From the NCBI RefSeq assembly GCF_000143415.4, contig NW_003314291.1, positions 1,716,517-1,780,516 on the forward strand: a stretch of 64,000 nucleotides of DNA, given 5' to 3'. Origin of the DNA: Selaginella moellendorffii. Taxonomy: Eukaryota; Plantae; Lycopodiophyta. The position numbers and the translations under genes are program-made. Below are positions 23,140-36,900 of the stretch, in pieces (within the stretch, counting starts at the first letter, position 1; each line of letters opens with the position of its first letter). The notes beneath the pieces are model-generated. The model did no database searches, was not told the DNA's origin, and saw nothing but the letters and a program-made list of their open reading frames with translations.

Positions 23140-25624
23140 TTATCTTGCCTCGGATTTATTCTCTACGTACCTGTTGATGTTTGTCAAGTTGCTCTTCAGC
23201 GGTGGTCGGCGCAGCCCGCTCACTCGAGCACCATGAGCAAAAGCGGATATCGTCTGCACAAACTTTTCAATCGACTCTTGAGCAATGGCTGAGTATCGCT
23301 GCGTATGGTCGACGTTTGCAGAGAGTGTGGCGGTTTTCTCCATGTTTACACCAAGTAGACTGCTGCTGAACTTCGGAAGCGATGCCTCCGCAGGTGGAGA
23401 CCTCTTCCCTGATGGAACATTTTAGTTTGCGAGCTCTACTACGTACGATAACACCAGCTTACCTCTCATTGCCTTCGAGCAGGGCTTGGAAGTTCCCGCC
23501 TTCCTAACCTTCTTAATTCCTTGCTGGAGATCAGTACGTCAGGAACTCGCAAGAAACAAGGACACACCTCACCCGCATTGCGTTCTCGTCATTGACGTTC
23601 GATGGCCTGGAAACAACATAGTTACCCCGTGCAACAAACCTTCGCTGCTGCATCGAGTACACCTGCGCAGACTGTTCTTGGCTCATATCACAGTCTGAGT
23701 CGTTGCTTGATTCCTCCTCTAAGGATAGAAAAGGATCAGGGAAAAGGACAAGCAAAGTAAGACATAACGCCTACCATATTCAAGGCAGATTCTCTTGTTG
23801 CCATGAGGAATTTTTGTATCCTCCTGCAAACAGAACAACATATCCGGTAAGCTTCACAAAATAACGGACCAGCCCTTACCTCTATTTTCAAGCTACATTG
23901 CACCTCGTTGGAAGTGAAACGAACAACATGATGGCGGTCAGGGCTCGAATTTGGTGTCCTGGGGCTCAAACAACTCGCACGACCTACAAGGGACTCACTT
24001 TCCATTTCCGCTTTCTCAGGAGAGTCTGAAGCTCTTGGAGCCTTGAACTGCTGTGTTGATGCCTCCGACTTCGAAACTGCATCGGCTAAGGAAATGAATG
24101 CTCTATCATCAAGAACACTTTTGCTGTGGATACTGAAATAGTTTGTCAGCACATTCCTCTGCGCAGGTAAGTTGAGACGCTTTTGTTCTTTTTGTTTTGC
24201 AATTGGCTTTCTATCTTCGCATAAAGACTGTGGCGGCTCAGCAAGCTTGTTAGCACACGGTGATTAGCATACGGGACAATACAAAGCCTAGTATACCTGA
24301 AGTGGAGCATGAGTTTCCGGATGTATGACGCCTCGGACAATCTGCTGCACGAGACTTCGGGAAAGCTTTGTTTGTCGGAGTTAAGTTCCGAGTGTAGAAT
24401 GCATAGACTTTTAAAAGGATATGGTCCGAGAAACTCCACCTCTTCGCTGCAGTCGGCGGGAAGTTCAGTAAGGTGCACCAATTCATCTTGCGTAGGATCA
24501 TAGACAAGGTGATGACAAAAAGTAAGCAATGCCTTTCTGAAGCCTTCTTCGTAAGACTTCGGTATCATTACGCCCGAAAATTTCAAGTGTCTAATCACCT
24601 GAAAGGAACCAAGTCATTCTACGTCTGAAGAACACAGAGTGCCATACCTTCTCGTAGCTTCGAAATCTGCGGATTAAATTATGAGCTCTTTTCACTCCCA
24701 TGCCTTGCAAAGATGGCAAGTAGTCGCAGCCACTAAGGATGCACATTTCCAGCATCATCCTCTTTGTGAAACTCGTCAGATTCAAGTCCCTGTTCTTCAC
24801 CAGGTCAGCATACTGAAGCTCAAAACCTTGACCATTCTTGTCCATTTTGAAAAGGATCTGCCAGATTGTTTGATCTTTAGCATGGAAGAGAAGATAACAC
24901 CAAGCGTTTCAAAACCTTTGGACAACCGTACGCAACCAGGTCCGAGTCTTCAGTGATTACAGCGTCGACAACACCGCGCAGTGCCAGAAAGGCCATCTGT
25001 GCATCGGCTTCATACGGAGAGACAATGTATTCCACATTTTCTCTGCGAAGGACCTGATAGCCTTAAACAACATTTGCAAAACAGACATGTGATTTTGCAT
25101 TACTAACCAGGATAAGCTGGTGCGCAACTTCGGGAGTAATGTCTACTGCCTTTTGATAGTGATCGTAGGCTGCAGCATGATTTCCAGATGCTTCGCATTC
25201 ACGAGCGAGCTTTAGATGCTCTTCCCTGGCTCTGGAATGGAAGCTTTAAAATGCGATACGGAGATAGACGTGAAGTTACCTGGAGCGCTTTTCTTCTTGC
25301 TCGGCTTTCATTGGCAATGAGCCTCCATCGAAAACCAGCAAAGGTTTGATCCCATGGTGTCGCAAGAGATTCACGCGGTGCATGCAGTAGTTCAGAAAGC
25401 TGCCAAGCAAGCTCTGGTTGTAAGAGTAAGAAAGAAGAAGAGGCCTCGGTGAGCTACACACACCTGGCTGTCGCCCGACCATCGCAAATGTCCTTGCTAC
25501 AACTAAATGCGGCCTTGTGCAGCCACGAGTAAGTGTCTACAGCGACCCTCATGCCCGAGTACTCTTTCACATTCGTCGATGTCGTGATGGATTTGAGCGC
25601 CGGAAGAAGGCCCTGGATCCCCAT
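23140..25624 (-). CDS. EXO1: Exonuclease 1 (XPG/RAD2 family), multi-exon; 3' end uncertain (may splice on to a stop near 23066)
   Basis: MGIQGLLP...[43 protein letters not shown], and the plant C-terminal [12 protein letters not shown]...SGLR motif. Confidence 0.93.
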
Positions 25625-26077
25625 CGCACAGCCAGATCGCTGCGCCATTGCTGTGAGGAGCAAGACAAAGGAGGGAAACGTCTCACCTTTGCTGTGCTGT
25701 GCTCCGGCCTCTGGAAAGAACCCTAGCTAGGCGCCATTGACATCATGCGACTTAACAAAGCTCTCGCGCTCCTGGGAAAATGGAGGGAAAGTGGTACCGC
25801 GATTCGAACCCTAGATCGCTTACATCTGCAAACGCTATTTGCCTTGCTCCGGGATGAATAGAGTTTTGTTAACATTCAGCTCGCACAGAGCGTTCTCTCT
25901 TTCTCTCTGTTTATCACTCGTTCCTGCTCCGGGTGAATGGAACTTCGTTACATTCACCTCTTACAGAGTGTTCACTTCCCTCTCTCTTTCTCTCTTACAT
26001 GTCGTTCTTCCAAGTGGAGTGCTCACAAAATTTGTCGTGGACGATCACACGGTAACCATCCCATCGACCATAAACTG

Positions 26078-26512
26078 TCAGTAAATGAGGGGCGGAAGCA
26101 TGGTGCAATCTGGAAGTGGCCGCGAAGAATCCAGCAAGGCCGAGATTATATCCATGTCCATGTCGTCGAAGTTGGCACCGCTGCTGCTAGTTTCCTCTTC
26201 AGAAGACTTGTCACTCCAGTTTGGACTGTATGGAGCAAGCCCGGCCTCGTCCGAGAACGCTGGAGCTGCTGATTGATCACGATTGCCATCGATAACAGTG
26301 GTAGCAGCAGTATTAGATTGGATGAGCTTGGTGGTGCGGAAGGACCTTGATCTCAGCTTTCCGGATCGTCTAGCTATAGCCGGCTGATAATTCATGCCAG
26401 TTAGCTCCTGAACGAGCTCCCTAAAGCTGGCAGCATCCGTTCTTATGACTGTAGGATTGAAGATTTGAACAACTTTGAGAACCGACCTCGGCTTTGCTCT
26501 CTTATAAGACAT
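26078..26512 (-). CDS. VQ-motif protein
   Basis: TDAASFRELVQELTG fits FxxhVQxhTG. Intronless. Confidence 0.88.
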   Translation of the reverse strand: MSYKRAKPRSVLKVVQIFNPTVIRTDAASFRELVQELTGMNYQPAIARRSGKLRSRSFRTTKLIQSNTAATTVIDGNRDQSAAPAFSDEAGLAPYSPNWSDKSSEEETSSSGANFDDMDMDIISALLDSSRPLPDCTMLPPLIY

Positions 26513-28339
26513 TGTGCAACTCGCGGATGGAAGTTAACAAAGGGGGAGCAAGCAAGCAATTGCACACACACCGGGCCTTGTAGTTGGAGGGAGATCTAGA
26601 GGAGAGGGCCTGGGAGGATACAGACAAAGTGTTTAGCTTGAACCAGTGTCGGTTGACGTCGTCCTAGTCGAGAGCTGTCCTAAGCATTTTATAGGAGGTT
26701 AGAGAAGGAGCGCTTCATTTTACTCGAGCTCTCGAGCGGAGGCGAGGAGAGATTGGACAAGCAAAGAATAAGTGGACACGAGGAGCTTTCATGGCTGGTG
26801 GTGGTGGCCCTGGAGAGGTGAGGAATGGGTACAGTCAGGGAATGAAATGAGTGAAAAAGTTTGGTTGCAATTTCCTTTTTTAATTTTTCTTCTTCTTTCA
26901 CTGTTTGAGATGAGAGCGCCCGCCGGGACGAGTGGCTTCGCGAGAGCTTCACGAGATCTCTTGCTTTCTCTCACTTCACGCCTGCCTGATATCGCTCTGC
27001 ATATTCTCTCTCCTATGGGTCCCGTCCTCGAGCACCATATAATTTCCACTCCCAGCAAGTACCACGATCAAAGTTTACCACGGAACCCTCTCGGAAATGT
27101 TGTTGTCAGGTCCATTGGCCAGCCACCTTTTTCCAGGCGCATCCACCCAGATCAATCCTTGAGCTTTGTTGCGCACGTTAAAGTAGTAATTTCCCAGATC
27201 ACAAATCACTAAAGAGACTTGATACGAAGCCATGCTGCATGAAATGCCAAAGCCACAATCGCTACGTCGCTTCCAGCACATTTCGCATCTCTCGCAGCCC
27301 TCGTGCGTATTTGGGGCGCGGCTTCGCTGAAGCTGCCTTCCACTTCGCCTTGCACCGCTCGCTGGGAAGGCGCCAAGCTCCCACTCATCATGCCATAAGC
27401 ATTTCGGCGTCCAATGCCGTGCAAAAGACTTGGCAGGCGAGCGCAGATGTCCCGGACACATAAACACTCTCTGGTATTCCTTGTGTCCTTGAATTGGAAT
27501 CATGAACATGATAGCGTTCCTCATTAAATAAATTTCCAGGCTGCGAATCCCCGGGAGACGGCTTAATCAGAATTTCACGAGTAATGTCGGTGGAAAGCAT
27601 GATTATCCATCTGAGCTGGAAACAAGCATGATCCACGTACTTATCGTGATGGAGCTGGTTTTGTGACTACCTACCTGTACTCGTCGCCACAATCACTAGC
27701 GATCGAGTGGAGGATCCCTGCAAATCGGAACCCCCCCTGCAAGTTGTGCTCGCCAATGCTCTCAGCGCCGATGATCGCGCTGGCAACTCCTGGCCTGACC
27801 GCACGGAAACTGTACTTCGTGCCTATCGCTTTGCAAACTCCTGATCACGAGAGCTCGAACGCATATGAGGAATGAACTAGATCTGATTTTCAAAAGACCT
27901 GTAGAGCTGCCAGCCACCACCCTGTACTGCGCCCGGGAGTTCTTTGGAACTTCTTGCCCGTCAGACATATTTCTCAGACAAGAACCACGTCCTAGTAATA
28001 TGCCCAAGTATGAGGGCTACTACAGCTTCCTCTTCTTCTATGCCAAAAGTATCAAAGTTTGTCAATGTATTTTGCTTGCATGCCTGAGCTCATAGCGACA
28101 TCCAAATCTTAAGATACACGCATCTGCTGTTTAGAGCGGCCAATCCTACCTTCAGCGAAGTTTTTGCTTGCAGATGATCCTTGACGGAACAGCAAGCAAA
28201 CTTTGTCATGGAAGTTTTACCGTGTTACCTGGACGGGATGTGAATCGAGTATCTGCGAAGAAGTCATATCTATATAGCTAGGCTAAGGCCAGGCAGTCGC
28301 TCTCGTTGGTCGCAGTCAGGTACATTCAAAAGGCACCAA

Positions 28340-28495
28340 TGCTGCTCTCGAGATGGATGCATGCAGGCGAGGTGAAGATGGGGGGAACGGACGTCAAGAC
28401 AATCCAGCTCAAGTGGCTATGGAATCAGACCGGACTCGTGAGCCAGGAACCGGTTCTGTTCGCAACGAGCATCAAGCAAAACATTGCTATGGGAA
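28340..28495 (+). pseudogene. Isolated ABCB/MDR nucleotide-binding-domain fragment
   Basis: [43 protein letters not shown], with no flanking ABC sequence. Confidence 0.75.
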
Positions 28496-28760
28496 TGCCA
28501 GCATATTGATGAAATTTTCAAATGTGCCCAGCCATCCGACCATGCCCGCCCGCGACCTGCCTTGTACTTTGTTTGCTAGCCGCTGTGCAACATATACCGT
28601 GACAAGCGCGGGAAGAGCCAAGCGCCGTCACCTCCATAGCTAGGCTAGGCTAGGCTACAATGTGGAGCTCCTTTCCTCGTGATGAAAGGAAGGAGAAAAG
28701 AATAGATGTATATTTTATGGAGTTTTGTCGCTGGTGTGGGGGTACCAAGGGATCCTTAAG

Positions 28761-30653
28761 CTACACCGTCCAAGAGGCGGATCGCGTCATGAGTGTCTTC
28801 ATGTTCCTGTCCTCGTCGAGCGACACCATGCCCAAGTGCGTGGGGTCTTCGAGCAGCATCTTGGCAACCAGGTAGCCAGCAATGGACCACGTCTGCAGCT
28901 TGCGGGCCTGCTTGCCAATGTAGCGTCCCAGCTTGCCGTCGTAATACTCGGGCCACCCGTCCAGCGACAACCGCTGCTCCGCCTGCTCGATCGCCCTGCG
29001 TGCCATCTGTGGCCTCCCCGTCTTGACGCACGCCGCCGTCAGCAGCCACAGGAGTACTGCAACACGTTGTTAGGAACAATCCTACTGAAGACAAAAGTCA
29101 CCTGGCCAGGAGCCTCCGTTGTGGTAGCTCCACCTCGTGTTTTTGGGGTCGAAGCCCGTCACGATCCGCCACTCATGTCCCTCGATGGCCGGGTAGGAGA
29201 TCTTGAGCGGCATCTCTCCCACCAGGTCCTCCCAGCGCTCCTCGATGAGGTCCATGATGGCCTCGGCCTGCTCCGAGGTGGCCATGGACGACAGGATGGC
29301 GACGCAGTTGCCGAGCAGGAACCACCTGAAGTCCATGCGCGCGGGGCTGACATTGCCAATGAAGTAGCCCCCGCGCATGGGCATGAAGTCGAACACCCAG
29401 TCGGGGATGGACTCGGGGATGACGTTGAACTTGTTCACCGCCGTGTGCGAGTACTCCTCCGTCTTGTAGCGGTAGATGCTGTTGAGCTGGTGGTGGTCGA
29501 GCCAAAAGTAGTTGCGCATGTGGTAGCTCAGCGCGTTGAGCCGCTTGTCGATGCGCTCAAGCAGCTCCTTGTTGCCCGGCGCCTCCTGCTTGAGCATCGT
29601 CTTGGCGCAGCGCAGGGCCATGAAAAAGAGCGCCTGGATCTCGATGGGATAGCCGTAGATCCCCTGCACACATGCGCAGCACCACGAGTGAGTGACATTA
29701 CGCAGGCGTAAGACAAGAGAGTTACCATTCGCCGGTCCACCATGCAGCAGCCATCGGCACAGAGCAGCGTGGGGAAGGTGTCGAAGCCCTCGGCGAGGCA
29801 GAGCGTGAGGATGAGCTTGATACCCCGCTGGCAGTCGGGCATGTCGGCCAGGCTGTGGTCCCCGGTGGAGCGGGTGTAGGCTCGCAGCAGGATGATCCAC
29901 CAGAAGCCCGAGTCCACCGGCGCCACCCGCCCGATGGCGCTCTCTCCAAAGTCCGCCACCATGGTGTCTGTCCTCCGCACCGGGTCGTGGAGGACTTTGA
30001 AGCTGGCGGGCATGGCCCCTTGCCCCAGCGTGAAGTTGTCGATCCGCTTCTCCCACGCTTGCAGCCGGAGCGCCTTGAGCAGAAAGTTTTTGACGATGTC
30101 GGACTCGCCATTCATGAGGAAGGCCAGGGCACTGGGCACGAAGTCGCGCACAAACACCTGGTGATAAAATCGGTGTCACCTACAAGTCAAAATGTGTCAG
30201 CCACCACCATACCTGGTTGTAGTTGAGCACTTCCTCGGCCGAATCGTTGGCAGCAATGGTGCCCACCGGATTGCCGCGGAAGTAGACGATGGATCTGCGC
30301 AAATGCTCCCATGCCTCCCCGATCATGGGGTGAGGCTCGAACGAGTGAATACGGGGCGAGAACAGTCCACCGCTGACGGTGGACCGGACGCTGGGCGACA
30401 GCATCAATGCTTCCAGGCACTCGCTGCTCTTGACAGTCTCGAGCCTCATGAGAGTTGGCCGAGGGGACAGCAACGGGCTGCTTGCTGCTGCCCCCACTAC
30501 TGGGCTCGGATCGCTGCGGCTTCTCTCGGCTGCAGCTGCCTTGTTGGGGGCGTTCTTGGACGAGTCCGAGGGGAGAGGGTAGCAGGGGTCGCCATTGCGA
30601 AGCGAATCTGCTTCCAGCGACAAAGCACTCAAGGCAAGCAAATCTGGTGCCAT
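28761..30653 (-). CDS. CINV: Cytosolic neutral/alkaline invertase (GH100), 4 exons
   Basis: LNYNQ|[40 protein letters not shown]-terminal RSASW. Confidence 0.95.
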
Positions 30654-31293
30654 GGCAACCAAGGGAGAGAGGGAGCGCTAATGTGTACCTGGGAGCTGTA
30701 GCTGCGTACAATCGAGGGGGAGATCTTGTCGCGTGTGCTCTCTCTGTTAGCAAATCTGAGGAGATGTGCGCCTGCCTCCGCTGTGGGTATTAAAGCAACG
30801 CAACGGGGGGGGTGGGGGGCGGATCTCAAAGTCACCAACACTTAGTTGGTGCCTGATTCCCGAGCTGATGATTAGAGGAGGACGGGACGGGCACACCGGG
30901 CACGGGCAAGGAAAACAAAGGAAGAAACTAGTGCGCGTATAGTGCTCTCTCCGTAACAGCTGCCCGCCGGAAGCCCAGCAAACAATGGGAGTAGATATTC
31001 TTTCTCGCCCACATCTCCGACATTGGGGAGATGCTCTGCACGCCGTATATGCCCTAAGCATCCCGGCTTTGCACTTAATTGGCACTTTAGTTTGCGCTTA
31101 AGTGCCCGAAAATGCTCACGCGCGGAGCATGGCAAGCTAGCTAGCTTATTACGCCTCTGTGACCCCAGCGGAGAGAAGAGAGCGACCTTCCCTACACTAC
31201 TTAGGTACAATGTCTCCGTTTTTTCGTAAACAAGAAGAAGACGACGACGAGGACGTGGAGAATATTCCTTGGAAGAGGTAGGGCTGCGCGGCC

Positions 31294-32199
31294 ATGGCGG
31301 CTCATGAGGGAGGGTGGAGCAAGGTGGTGTATGGCGGAATGCAGGGGGGCTTCCCGGACAATTACACCGACTCGTCGTTTCTCGAGGACATGGTGATGAA
31401 CGCGAATGTGGTACGGCGGGATCTGTGGACCACGGTGCTGGATTCAGTGGGAGTGGCGCAGCACCTGTGTGTGGTTGCCATCATCGCCAGTGTGTGGGCT
31501 TACACCCTCTGCCAACGCCTCACCGCCGCCGCGCTCCTCTCTCTCGACGCGCTGCTCCTGGCGCTTGGCCTGTGCATCTGGCTCCTCACCACTCTCCACC
31601 ACCACCGCCTCCGCCGCCACACCACCACCACGACGCTCCGCCACCTCCTCTACTTCGTCGCCGGCCTCTACGTCATGACCCCAGTCTTCCACACCCTCAC
31701 CACCTCCATCAGCTCCGATTCAATCTGGGCCTGCACCATCTGCCTCTTGCTCCTCCACCTCTTCCTCCACGACTACTCGTGCTGCTCCACCACCTCCGCC
31801 ACCTCCACCTCCGTCGTCGCCAGCGTCTCCCTCCACGCCTCCATCCTCGCCTCGGTCCTCATTGCCTCGCGCCTGCCGTCCACACCCCTCGTCTTTGCCA
31901 CCATGCTCTTCTCTCTTCAGTTCTTCCTGCTCTTCCCTCCTCTCAGCTGCTCCGTCAAGCGGGCGTCCGTGAAGCTGCACCTCGTCCTCTCCTCCCTGCT
32001 GCTGCTCGCCGCGCTCGTCCTCCTGCTGCCCCTCAGCGTCCCCGCCTGCCTGCTGCTGGCCGCTGCGTTGCTCGTCATCACCTTGGTGTGCCCGCTCTGG
32101 CTGCTCCGGATCCACGAGTACAAGTTCGAGATCAACGGGCCGTGGGACGAGGCCAAGCTCTGCTTCCGCATTGACGACGATGACGCACGCAACTTATAG
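31294..32199 (+). CDS. PIGC: Phosphatidylinositol N-acetylglucosaminyltransferase subunit C (GPI2)
   Basis: WSKVVYGGMQGGFPDNYTDSSFL, LTTSISSDSIWA, YKFEINGPWDEAK. Multi-pass hydrophobic protein. Confidence 0.93.
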   Translation: MAAHEGGWSKVVYGGMQGGFPDNYTDSSFLEDMVMNANVVRRDLWTTVLDSVGVAQHLCVVAIIASVWAYTLCQRLTAAALLSLDALLLALGLCIWLLTTLHHHRLRRHTTTTTLRHLLYFVAGLYVMTPVFHTLTTSISSDSIWACTICLLLLHLFLHDYSCCSTTSATSTSVVASVSLHASILASVLIASRLPSTPLVFATMLFSLQFFLLFPPLSCSVKRASVKLHLVLSSLLLLAALVLLLPLSVPACLLLAAALLVITLVCPLWLLRIHEYKFEINGPWDEAKLCFRIDDDDARNL

Positions 32200-32239
32200 G
32201 TGGACGATTATAGGGCCCAGCTAGGGTAAACTGGAGCAA

Positions 32240-33548
32240 ATGGCGGCATCGCGGTGGGCGACATGGGCGTGGACGGCCGCTCTCCTCCTGGCTGGCGCCT
32301 TTGCCGACTCAAATCGCTTGCTTCCTGTGAATTCAGGTACCTCAGCTCGCCACTTCATCTGCTTCATATATATATATCTCAGGCGCCGTTCCCAGCTTTC
32401 AGGACCCCAAGTACAAGCTCCAATTCCATGAGCTGCAAGATCCATACAGCCCGGTTTGTTCCCTTTTTGATCTTGCGCTGCCAACCCCCGATTCATCTCC
32501 TTCTCTTGACAGGAGGATCCGGACACGGAGATGGTTCGCATGACGGACAGAGATGGCAGAAAGTTTGAGTGCTTTCTACCCAAGAAACCAGAGGCTTCCC
32601 CACTCGACGGGGCCAACGAGACGGAAGCGACGCTGGCCGAGATCTCGAGGAGGACGCCGGAAGAGCTGCTGGATGTTCTCAAAGACAGGTGCTTCCACAG
32701 GGTAAAATCTTAAAGCGTCATGTTGCATCTTGCCTACATGCATATTTTTCACCAGCACGAGGGATGGTGGACCTACGAGCTGTGCTACCACGGTAAGTTC
32801 CGGCAGGTGCACTTTGAGACATCCAAGAAGGACAAGAAGAGCCAGGTTATTAGCAAGAGTCCTTTCTCAGCAATTTCCGGTCGCTCTATCTAATCTTCCC
32901 AGTCTACAGGAAGCTCAGGAATTTGTTTTGGGCGTGTATGATGCCGAAGCGACCGCTCGGCTTCACTCATCCACCCCAGTTTTGATTCAAAAGGATCCAC
33001 GCTCGCAAACTGCTGCACTCAAGTGAGCACTGCTCTGTTTCGTCCCAGAGAAACTAACCTCTCGCCGCGTCCTAGGTACTTCGCACATATGTACGTGAAT
33101 GGTACCAAGTGCGATCTTACGGGTGCTCCAAGGGAGACAGAAGTAAGAGACGATCCTACCAATTGATGTACACCGCTAAGCAGCCAGTGTTCTGGCAGGT
33201 CCGATTTGTATGTGCAGACTCCGGGATGTTACTAATCAGCTCCATCAAAGAATCTCCCACGTGCAAGTACACTGTGATTTTTCAGGCCCCCATGCTCTGC
33301 AAGCACCCGTAAGCGTCAACCCTCTGCTCTCCAGCTGAGCTTGGTACTGACCGATCTTTTTCTTGGCGTCTGTCAGACTGTTTCAGGAAGAGCGTCAGCC
33401 GTGGCTGGTGGTCAATTGCAACTCGGTTTCCAATGACGAGTATGAAATCAATCGCGAGCAGCAGCGGCCAGCAGCATCCGAAGAGGTGAGCAGCGGCAAT
33501 ATTGAGATGCTACCTCCGTCCACTACAAGCAGCATGGATGAGAGCTAG
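32240..33548 (+). CDS. OS9: OS-9/EBS6-like ERAD lectin (MRH domain), multi-exon
   Basis: Signal peptide, GRKFECFLP, CFHR|HEGWWTYELCY, NGTKCDLTG..RETE|VRFVC, ISSIKESPTCKY. Confidence 0.88.
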
Positions 33549-33930
33549 GATAGTGTGGTGCCGACAAAGGTCTTTGCCTTCGGCTCTAGCAGTCTATCGA
33601 TACTCGTAGGTAAGCACAGCAGAGTCGATCCAAGCTGTTCGTGTAAGTGGGGATGGAACGCTCCGATTTAGAGAACATTAAAGACCTGATAATATACTTT
33701 ATTTTCTCTTTTCCTTGGTTCTCTTATAGAACTAGCCATCGCATTTGGGAGAATCCCACATCCATATCCTCTCCATTATTTGCCAGCTTTTCCTACAAGG
33801 TTTTTTCTTCTTATTCGGAGAGGTGCTATAGGAAGAATCGTTGCTGAGATCTCTGAACGCTCCAACTGTAAACTGTGTGACAAGGTATATACAAACTTCT
33901 TTTGTTTGGTAGATGGCCGCCTCCCTCCGT

Positions 33931-36900
33931 CTATGGGAGGTTGAAGAGCTTGTTTCTATTCTTGCTCGTTTCGCTGGTGCTAGCCTCTGCTACCAAGCTC
34001 CTGATGTCTGAGTCCCAGTGCTGCAGAGATTTCTTCTGAAAGCCTTGCTTCTGGGCCATCGCAATGTCTTTCCGTGTTATGATCCCAATTACCCTGTGTA
34101 TAATGCACGTCACCACGGATACAACAAGGCAAAGGTAATGACAGGAAACCTGTTGTGAGAGTCTGTCACACACAGGTGACGAAGCCCCAGGGTTCTAAAT
34201 ATGACATAGACACGCTGAGCCGAGCATTCCCGACGAACCTGCACACACGACGTGGTTTGTCAGTGCCACCCAGACGAGAAAGCTTACCGTTAGAGGTGCC
34301 CGATTCATAAAAGGTCTCAAATCCAGTGCTACAACTTTCTTTGTCTTCTTGTCTGGAGCCATGTCCGCCTCGGCCAGATTTCTCTTTCTTGCCAGCTCTG
34401 CTTCAATCCTAGCGACCTCCGGAGGCCGGGATGACAAAAACCTCCGGTGAGGATGATGGTAGTGGTGGTAAGCACGCATTGAATGTTCCAGGATGAGCAT
34501 CTGCTTGGGAATCGGCTTCTCGTACAAGGAAAATCTGTGCTGCTGCCTGGAGGAATCGACTTCCGAGAAAAGGCCTTCCTCAAGGAGGAGGAGAAGCTGG
34601 TGCCTTAACACGAGACCCACGAATTTCTCGCCTGCTCCAGAATTTTCCGCGCTCGTGTGTCTCAGCACCGGAAAGCCATTGTGCCTAGTGTTGCGAAGAA
34701 CTTCAAGCACCTCCCGCACAGGAACTACCTGAGTATCAATTTCAAGACGGGATCAAGAACTCCAGCAACCCGAACTTCGCCTGCATACCTCCTGGAAACA
34801 TATGACATTGGGCGACATAATATCCGATGCAGTCAAGGCTGCCAGTTGGTGCGGAGGCTCGCTGTGCATGAAGTAGACTCCACCTTAAAATAAGGTGTCA
34901 CACTAGAAATAATTGTCGCACCAGCCGCTTACCAAGGCGTTCCAAGTCGGCTTCGTAGGCGCCAGCGTGATATATGTGGTGTGCAACCCAGTTTGAGACG
35001 ACTATGGCCACAATAATCGGCAGGATGAAATCGATGCCACCCGTTCCCTCGACCATGATTACTACCTGCAATTTATTTCGGCTGTTTGACTTCTAAAAGT
35101 TCAGAATGTAAATGTACCAAAGATATGGAAGCCCGGAACACCCCTCCCAGCATTGCAGTTGATCCCACGATCGCATGAAGTCCTGGTTGTATATTTTCAC
35201 TGCAAAAGACTCCATGAGATTTATGTGGAAAAATAAGTAATAACCAGCCTACCCTGGAAAAATTGCCTGAAAAATTGTTCCCATGCATGCTCCGAAGGAT
35301 GCTCCAGCCTGACATTTGCAGCTTGGAAGTCAAGGAAAAGAAAACAAGGAGGTGCTTACGAGCATGGAGGGCATGAAAATGCCACCAGGAGTGGCTGTTC
35401 CATACGCAATAATAAACAAGAAAAGTACTGATCCGGTATGAATCGCCAGGTCTGCTGTTGGAAACTGATGCTTTACTCCTTGCATGTTATATAGCTGTTG
35501 CATGCTCTGAAATGACAAACACAACTTGCCATAAGTAGGACCTAGCGCCTAGCGCTTAAGCCGAATACCTTTCGAGGAAGAGAGAATAGTAGTGTAGCCA
35601 GATCATTGTATTCACCTTTGGAGCACTTGTATCGTAGCCAATACTTTTCGTCCATTTTCCTGAAGTTTGCAAGCATCTAGTTATTAGTTACAAACATCCT
35701 TCAGGGTAACTAAGTACATACCCGTCAGGGAGAGGACCCTCGGGAACTTGTAAGCACGACCCCAGAGCAAGAGGAAGCAAGTACATTACCGCCACGGATA
35801 TGACGGTGATACCGCAAACCTCCAAAAGTCTTTAAAAAGAAACCAAACAATCGTTTATGGATAATGAGCGCTGATATATCACCTTGAAAACTTTCGTGTT
35901 GCTGCAGGTCTTAAACGATCAACCCTGTCATGAACAATATTTACAAACGCGCCCAGGACACCAGCAAAAACGCTCGTAACCGCGAACAGTGGTAAGTCTC
36001 TGATTCGAAAGCCAGGCTGCCGATGAGAAGATTAAAGTGTAAGAGAAAGGATATGCGCCCAGCAACTAGTACCTTAAGCTGACGAAACGCCATGCTGCCA
36101 GGCAAAGCCATTGAAAACTGCCTGAAGTGGGGGGAGGGGGGTAAATTGCACAAAAATTTTAAAAAGGAAAAGAAAAAAAAAGGACTTACCATTCATTGAT
36201 TGATGCCAGTACCATTGTTGCGCAGGTACAACAAAGAAGTGATCTCCACATCACCTAAAGTTTGAAACAGCGCCATGAGTAAAGACGGTCCATAGTTTAC
36301 CTTCTTAGACCAAAAACTCGAAGCTTCTTCTAAAGAATACAATACCCCGCCAATCGGCGCACCAAAAGCTGCGGCTAAGCTGGAAATAAATAGATAAATA
36401 AGTTTGGCGTATCAAACTTAAGCTTACCCGGCTGCAGCACCGGCTGAAATAAACTCTCGACGATCTTTGTCGTTGTAGAAGTCCTGTGAGAGATTCAGCC
36501 AACGGATTCTAGGCACGGATGCACTTACAAAGTTCGTGGCTTTTGCATTCCAGCACGATCGCGAGCTTTTGGTGCTGGCATCTTTGTCCGACGGCAGTGA
36601 TCCGTGCATCCAAGTCATTGCTGAAGCGATCGCAGCTCCAATGTGAACCATTGGAGCTTCCTGGCCGACCTGCACAAACGTGTCGAGTTAGAAAGCAATG
36701 AATCATTTTGAATCCTACCAACAGGCCAGACGAGATACTACAGATTGTTCCAATAATCTGACACGAGCTGATCAGCATGTTGAATAACAAGAAGCGATCA
36801 ACAGGGTTACTTTTGTGATAAGTGTGCTAAGCTTGAAAAAATCGGGGATATCGTTCCCATTGAGATAAGCCATGACAAGAGTTACCTGCGTCACATCACC

